From: Parachlamydiaceae bacterium | GTDB taxonomy: Bacteria; Chlamydiota; Chlamydiia; Chlamydiales; Parachlamydiaceae | DNA: 64,000 nt | Direction: 5' to 3' | Assembly (NCBI GenBank): GCA_013816265.1 | Contig: JACDES010000001.1 | Location: forward strand, 25,636-89,635 | Shown: piece by piece, positions 27,538-36,500 of the stretch | Layout: each line of letters starts with the position of its first letter | Numbering within the stretch: position 1 is the first letter of the stretch | Notes under the pieces: model-generated | Told to the model about the DNA's origin: nothing | Seen by the model: the letters and a program-made list of their open reading frames with translations, nothing else | Database searches by the model: none | Translations under genes and position numbers: made by a program

Positions 27538-30500
27538 TTATTTTATTAATTGATCCGCTACTTCTATATCCAAAATTCCCAGCTGTACTTTTTGTAAAAT
27601 CTCTTTTAAAGACCCTTGAGCACTCTTCTCTAACATCTCTGAAAGATATTGTGCGAAAGACTTAATATTAGGATAATCGTAAACTTTTGTTGCTTGTATT
27701 CCAACGTTATATTTCCTATTGATTACACGCACCCATTCTACCCCAATAATGGAATCCAAACCGATATCAATAAAGGAATTTTCTGCGTGGATATGTTCTT
27801 TTCGTAAATCTAATAAAATAGCTAAACTTTCCATCAAGAAAGTCTCTACTTCCGTATTTTCACTATCGAATCTTAGATCTTGTGGGGGTGATGATATGGT
27901 ATTTTTTCCTAACTCTTTTTGTATGAAAACACTCAATTCATTAATCGTTGGATAGTCGTATACTTTCGTAGCCTGCAAGTTTAAATTGTATTGTTTATTG
28001 ATACTTCTTAACCATTCAACACCTATGATTGAATCCAATCCCAAATCAATAAATCTGGCATCTAAATCTAATCTATCTATTGGCATATCTAAAAAAGTCG
28101 CTAAACTTAGTGTAATAGTTTCTTTTATTTGATCATTTTCTTTGTCATCTATCTTAAAAGATTTAACAATATTTATTTCGTTTGATGTAGGTTTCAAACT
28201 AATTGGCAAGCGCTCTTTAGTTATTTTTGATTCTACTTGATCATTTCTTACATTTTCTAATGTGATTTTTAAAGGGGCAACATTGCTAAACTCATTAAGA
28301 ATGTGCTTAGGTATTGATTTATTTCCAGAAACTATCCAAAATTCGTTTCTTTCAAAAGGATATGTTGGAACATGAATTTTTTGATGCTTTTCCTTGCATC
28401 TTGGTGTATAGCCTTGACAATATAATTCTGCGATTCTTTTGAATTCCTTTTCAGTCTCCTGTTGAATAAAAATCTCTTCTTCTTTTTTATCTGTTTTTAT
28501 TCCTTTTTTATTAAGTTTTTCAATCAGCTCTTTTTTGTTTGTTGCAACAACGGCTTTACGATACTCAAAATGCTGACGTCCTTCTATTAAGGTATAACTG
28601 ATTGATGAGAGGTCCTCTTCATCTTCTAGATAATCAATAAGTTCGTTTGTTTTATCTTCAAGACTTTTCTCCGATTTGGCAGAAAGAAGAATCAAGTAGT
28701 ACGCATGTTTTTCAATTGGTAGCTCTTGATCGTAATTTTCGAGAACCATGTGAACGTTTGTTCCGCTCATACCAAAAGCACTCACAGCTCCGAGCCGTTG
28801 TGGTTTGTCCCATTCTTGGATCGATTCGTTTACATAGAATGGGCTATCTTTCCAATTGATGTATTCATTCCCTTTATCGTAATTTAAGCTTTTTGGGATC
28901 TTTTTATGATAAAGCGAGAGAGCAAGGCAAATTAAGTTAACAACCCCAGAAGCAGCAAACGTGTGTCCAAAATTCGTTTTTGTCGAAGTCATGGCACAAC
29001 GACCTTTATTATTGAAAGCATCGATAAGGGCATTGACTTCCACAGGATCGCCTAATTTTGTACCAGTTCCATGCGTAACAATATATTCGATTTGTTCCGG
29101 TTTTATGTGATTTTTTTCATAAGTTGATTTGATCAATTTTGTTTGAGCTTCGCCACTAGGAGCAGTGATTCCATTTGTTTTTCCATCATAGTTCATACCA
29201 CTAGCTTTTATTATAGCATAGATTGGATCTTTGTCTACTATCGCCCGTGAAAGCTTTTTTAACACAACAGTTGCAACAGCTTCTCCAGGTACTAATCCAT
29301 TAGCCTTTTGGTCGAAGGTATAGCATTTACCATCGTCTGATAGCATTCCAGCTTGTGCCATAGCTACAAAAATTTCAGGGCTAAGGGATAAGCTAACTCC
29401 ACCTGCAATTGCTGCATCACACTCTCCAGTTAATAGGCTGCTGCAAGCTTGATGAACAGCAACAAGTCCAGAAGAACATGAGGTATTGATTGCAAGAACG
29501 GGTCCATCCAAGTTTAGGAAGTAGGATAATCTTGAAGCTAGGATACCTTCGTGATTAGATGTAATATTAGATTCATTTTCCTTATTTAGACTTTGGTAAT
29601 CACCTTGTTCTACTCCTATGTAAACGCCTATTTTCTGTCCTACGAAATCTTTTTTTCCATAACCCGCATCTTCAAGTGCTTTCCAACCTTCTTGGAGGAG
29701 AAGTCTTTGACGTGGATCCAACATTTTGGATTCTTTTGGAGATATTCCAAAAAACGTGTTGTCAAACTCTCTTACGCCAGGAATGGATCCGATCCATTTA
29801 GAATTTGTCTTAAAAGGGTCGTTTGCGGCATCTCCATAATACTGTGTCCAATCGAAGCGATCAGAGGGGATTTCCGTTATTGTTTCCTTTCCCTCGATGA
29901 GTATTTGCCAAAATTCCTCAATATTTCGAGCTCCTGGAAATCGGCCACTCATTCCAATGATTGCAATAGATTCGTTTGGTGTTTGTATGGGCTGTATTTC
30001 TTTTTGAGATTCTATTTTAGGAGTCGCTACTTTGACACGGTAATAGTTTTCTAGTGTTTTTGTATGGTTTGTGAGAAGGTATTTTTTTACTTTTTTTATC
30101 GTCGCGTATGTAAAAAAGATCGAAGGGGTTAAAGAAATGTTATAAAATCTTCCTAGTTGATGTGCAAGAGCTGTTAAACTGATGGAATCGAATCCTAAAT
30201 CAGCAAGATTCGCTTCTTCATTAATTTTTTCTGTTTGAATAGAGATGATTTGACTAATATGATTTTTTAGATCCTTGGAAAGTTTTTGTTCAACGTCATG
30301 CGTTTGCTCTAAGAAATGGATTTGATCCTCTGCTCCTGCAACGACTAAAAATTGTGTATTTTTTTGAGACAAGAGGGTGTCAAAATGGGAAGTTCCTTCG
30401 TCAACTTCTAAAAGTCGTTGTCCACTTGTTTTAAGGTATAAATGGGTGCTTTGATCATCTTCTAAACCCATACCACCTTCTTTCCAAAGGGGCCAGTTTA

Positions 30501-33500
30501 TAACAACAGTTTTCCCTGTTCTTTTTGTTGCGTTTCTATAATCGGTGTAAGCCATTTGAAAACGATTGCCAACAGCATAATCACAAGAGCCAAAATCTCC
30601 CAATATTGCCGCAGTTGATGAGAAGTAGCAAACAAATTCAGGAGACTCATCTTTTAACAATTCATCAAGAACTTGTGTTCCTTGTACTTTGGAGGAAATA
30701 ATCTCTTCAAACTCAGATAAATCTTTATCTAAAAGATTCCTTCTACCTTGCAAGCCTGCAACGTGAAGTACGCCATTGATTTCTCCAAATCGATTTTTCG
30801 CTTTCTTTATTTCTTCCTTCATCCGATCTAATTGAGATACATCAGCTTGCAAATATTGAACATTTGCACCTAATGCCTCTAAATGTTGTATTTTTTTATT
30901 TTTCTTCTGATCTATTTGTGATCTTCCGCTCAAGATTAAATTTACATTACCAACTTTTTTAGTAATATATTCCGCAAATAGTAATCCTAAGCCACCACAA
31001 CCACCTGTAATTAAATATGTCCCATTTTTTCGAAGTAATGATGGCGCTGGTTTTAATTCATAAGGTCTCAATGCTAAATGGTTAGCTTGTTCTTCTTTGA
31101 ACACTAAGCTCTCTATCTTTTCTAATCGACAAGCGGCCCATAGCCGCGATACCCATTCTGATAGATCTATCTTGTTCAAATCATAGACCATCGCAATTTT
31201 TAAATTTGACAATACGAGCCCAAGCGACTTTTCAAATCCTATCCAAGAATATCCATAACACATCTCCAGAGGATCTCCCTCAAATGGGATCAATAAAGAG
31301 CCGGAAATGTTTAAACGATTAATACATTGGAGTAAATGAACAAGATGTCCATATTCCTTCCTAAGATTCTTTTTTTCCAATGGACCAAAATACCAAATCG
31401 TATCAACTTTTATTTTTTGACTGATTTTTTTAAGTTTGTTTTCATCAGATGCAAAGTGAACATTGCAATCAGGGGCTAATTTATTTAGTTGATTTAAGAC
31501 AGTCTCTTTTTTATTTTCACTTAATCCTAGGCAGACAATATTGCCTATTCTTTTTGATGAAACAAGTTGAACCGGTTCCCAATATTCTTCAAAAGTTTTC
31601 AAAGAATTGCCTGGAACATCAACCTTAACATCATTATTTTCTATAATATCCCTTATCCAATATCTCTCTTTAGCAAAAGGGTAAGTTGGAAGACTCATTT
31701 TTCTAGGAAGATCATTTTCATATAATTGCTCCCAATCGACACCTACTCCGTTTACCCACATTTCACATAGTTTATGAAACTTCTTTTTTATTATCCAAGA
31801 CTGTAATAAGTATGCCCCATCAGCATCTGAAGTCAAATTTTTAAATATTTCCTTACTCCCGTGAAGATCCCCATAATAAATCCCTTCCGCATTGGCACCA
31901 GCTTGAAATACAATTTCATTTAATTTATTTTTTAATTCCTCAATGCTGCCCACAATCATTGCGACTCGACATTCCATTGCCTCTCTACCGGTTTGTAAAG
32001 TATAAGCAATATCTAACAGTTGATTATCATTAAAATGTGATTTTTCTATCGATTGCGCTAATAATTTTGCGCTTTCAATTAGTCTTTCCTTACTCTTAGC
32101 TGAAATAACAATAATTACAGGTGAAGAAGGAAGCCTTGCGCTTTCTTCAGTAGTAATAAATTCTTCTACAACTACACAAGCATTGGAGCCTCCAGCACCA
32201 AAAGAAAGCACACAAGCAGCCCGAGGAGATATACAAAGCCTTCCATCTTTAGTTTCTATGGGCCGTGGCCAACTTGTAAGGTCTTGCTGCACATATAATG
32301 GGCTAGATCGAAAATCGATATTGGAGTTAAGAGCTTTTGCATTGAGAGATGGCACTAACTGATTATTTTTCATTTGTAAAAGAACTTTAGTCAATCCAGC
32401 TATTCCTGCTGCAGACTCCAAATGCCCAATATTTGGCTTAATTGAACCAAGTGCACAGGATTTAATTTCCTTAGAGCTATTCTTCAGAGCTTGGGTTATA
32501 GAAGAAAATTCAATAGGATCTCCTAAAGCAGTTCCTGTTCCATGGGCTTCAATATAGCTAAGTTGATTTGAATCAATTTTTGCCTCTTCCAAAGCTTTTT
32601 GTAATAAATTAGATTGTGCTTGAGGACTTGGAACTGTATATCCATTTGTTTTTCCGCCGTGATTGATATTTGTGGATTTTATCACTCCATAAATATGATC
32701 TTTATCCAAAATAGCCCTTGAAAGCGGTTTCAATAATACAACTCCCACTCCCTCTCCAGGCACAAACCCATCGCCATTTTGTCCGAAGCTCTTACATTTG
32801 CCATCTTCAGATAACATATGGAGAAAACAAAGTTCGACATAAGTAAATGGGTGAAGATAGAGGTTTACACCCCCAGCGAAAGCCATTTGGCAACGTCCAT
32901 GGCGGATTGATTCACATGCCTCATGAATCGCAGCTAAGGATGAAGAGCACATTGTATCTATTGGTAATGAGGGTCCAGATAAATTTAAAAAATAGGAGAC
33001 GCGATTAGCTAAAGAACTAAAGGAGGTGCGTGGATAAACTTTCTTCCCACTCTTCCATAATTCTGGTCCATACAAATTGTAACCAAGTTTAGTGATCCCG
33101 GCAAAAACTCCTACTTCTCGGTTATAATTTTTTTCCAATTTTTCCCTTGTATAACCCGCATCCTCAAGCGCTTCCCAACAAGACTGCAAAAATATTCTTT
33201 CCTGTGGATCCATCGCCATTGCATCTTTTGGCGAGATATTAAAAAATAGAGGGTCAAAATCAGCAAAATCATCAATAAAAGCCCCCCATTTGCTATAACT
33301 TTTTCCTTCTTCTATTGCTTTGGATTTATTGGATTCATAAAATCCTTCTAAAGACCATCGGTCATTGGGGATTTCATTAGCACATTCTTTACCTGCTTTT
33401 AAATTTTCCCAAAATTCAGCAAGATTTTTTGCTTTAGGATATCTACCAGCAAGGCCAATTATTGCAATAGGTTCATTTTCTTTTCTGTGGCATGTTGACG

Positions 33501-36500
33501 ATATTATTTTCTGCGGTTCTCGCATTATATCGATGGTATTTTTTGTTTCATTTTTATTTTCTGTTTCACCGAATAATTTTGATAGGACATGCCCTTGATG
33601 TTTAATCATATGCTGTACTAATTCATTCAATGTTTTACATTCAAAGAAAATAGTTGTTGTTATATTCTCGAAGTTCTTTTTAATGAGCTTGGTCATTTGT
33701 GATATAAGAATAGAGTCAATTCCGTACGACTCAAGATTTTCATTCACATCAATTTTTTGAGTTGAAATTTTTAATACTTGGCTCAATATATTTTTTAGAT
33801 ATTGAGTCAATTGTTCTGCATATCTTACTTGATTTATATTTTCTGAATTATTTTGAACGACATCCATTTGATCCATTATTTGTATTTTTTTATTCGTTGA
33901 ATCGAACAACGGTAAACCTAAAGCAAGAGGATTGTCCATTTTTGCATACACCATTTGGTTGAATTCAGATCTTAAAAATAAATCAAGAGTTTCAAAAGCT
34001 TCTTGTGGTTCAATAGCACCTATTCCTGCAACTGAAAGTCGATTTTTGAATGAGATTGGAATATTTGCACCAACACCTATATCGCCCCAAAAGCCCCAAT
34101 TTACAACAGCAACTTTACAATTAAGTTCCGAGGATAATTGATAAGCGAAAGCATCTTCAAAAACACTTCCTGCAGCATAACTGCATTTTCCATGATCCTT
34201 GGTAAGAGCAACAATCGAAGAAAAATACAGAAGAAAATCTAAAGGCTCTTGACTAAAGACTTGAGCCATCCGAACACTTAGATCAATTTTTGCAGAAAGG
34301 CCTTCTTTAAATCTTTGTACATCTGTATTTATAATGCTGTTATCTAGAATTCCTATTGCAGAATGTACCACACCGTCAATGTGGGGATATACTTCTTTTA
34401 TTTTTATATAGATTTGATTCAAAACAGATGGATCATTCGCATTTCCTGAAAAGTAGAGGGGCTCACAACCTAGCAAGGATAAATGTTTAATCTTATTTTC
34501 GATTTCTGTGTTCTTCTCTCGACGACCTATCCAAACGATTTTAGCGTTATAATGCCTGATCATGTACTCAGACCACTTTTCTCCTATTCCGCCTGCACCA
34601 CCAATAACAACATATACTCCCTCTTTCTTGTAGAGAGGGGCATTTGTTTTTGAAAAAGATAAAGGTTGCAAAGCCAGCTGATACCACGATCCATTTCTAA
34701 AGCATCGAGTGTTTCCATCTGTGCTGAATGGAATATTATATAAATGATGCCAAGCAAATTTTTCTAAATCGTCAACATCGATAAGTCTTACTGAAAAATT
34801 GGGAAACTCTTTCGCCATTGAACCAAAAAACCCATGTACAGAGGAATGAGTCGGGTTTATTCTTTCTTGCTTCAGTACCTGTTGAGCCCTTTCAGTCACA
34901 ATTGTAAATCCAATATTGCGATTCAATTGTCCTAGTGAAGATAATGTTTTAATTAGATTAAAGAGCTGAATAACCCCTTTGTCTTGCTCTTCAATTATCC
35001 GATCATCAAGTACACCAAAATTTGTTGGAGGAGCAATCCAAATAATCTGATCTATGTTTATTAAACTTAGATCATTTATTCCATCCAATGAGATACGTTT
35101 AGCTTTAGGAAAGGTGCTACAAATCTGATTCCATATTTTATTTGAATCACATATCACAGCAATATGATCTTTCTGATTTAGATCAGATGCTATTTTTTGT
35201 ATTTCTATTGTATCCCACTTTGGAAGAAAGGCATTGTATTTCATGACTTCTGATTGTTTGTGCTCTATTATCCAATATTGTTCCTTATTAAACACATATC
35301 CTGGTAAATTTATTCTACTTGGGGTAATTTCTTTGTATAATCGTCTCCAATCTACCTGCGAACCTCCTAACCAACTATTTAAAATGGCTTCGAAATTCTT
35401 GTCATTTACTAATCGATCAAAATCAGCTACATCAAGATCTTTTTTTACATCAGAAATTTTACATATTCTTTCGTTAATTTTATCATGTCGTGACAACTGA
35501 GATAAAAGATCCTCAAAATTTGAAATAATGAGTCCAAACCTAAATGAAAATGGCTCTCTACCAATTTGAAGTGTATAACAAATATCTGACAATAAATTTT
35601 CTTCATCCCCTGATTTGTCTTTTAATTTTAAAAGATTTTCATAGAGATTAATTATTGACCTCTTCAAAGATTCCTGATTTTTTGCAGAAACGATGAATAT
35701 ATTTGCAGGAAGACTAACTTTATCTTTTTGTTCTCTTTTATACTCTTCTAAGATTGTATGTGCATTCGCACCTCCGCACCCAAAGCTGCTCAAACCTGCT
35801 CTTAACGGTACCCCTTCTTGAATCGAAGTCCATTTCTGATGAGTTGCAGTAATATAAAAAGGCGAATTCTCCAACTGAATATTTGGATTAAGTTTATGAT
35901 AATTGATCGTCGCGGGTATTTCTTTTGTTTGTAGACACTTAATGACTTTGAATAAACCTGCTAACCCTGCAACAGCTTCTAAATGTCCCATATTTGATTT
36001 CACAGAACCTAATCCACACCAATTTGTATCCCCAATTCTTCCAAACTTAGCGAATGCTTCCTTAAGCCCCTGAACTTCAATTGGATCGCCTAATTTCGTT
36101 CCCGTTCCATGTGCTTCAATATATCCTATACTCGAGGGGGAAACGTTCGCATTTTGAAATGCTTTAATTACCAAATTTGATTGACTTTCGGGATTCGGTA
36201 CGGTTAGACCCGAAGCGACGCCGCCATGATTAATCGCACTTCCTTTTATGATAGCATAAATAGAATCTTTAGCTCTTATTGCATCTTCAAGCGGTTTCAA
36301 TAGAAGCATCGCAGCTCCTTCACTCCTTACATATCCATTCGCATCAGCATCAAAAGTTTTGCATTTTCCATCTTTTGCAAGCATTCCAGATTTATAATAA
36401 AGAATACTATACAAGGGATGGCACATGATGTTAATTCCACCAACAAGAGCCTGCTTACAATCCCCAGATTCAATTGATTTTATCGCTTCATGAATAGCAA

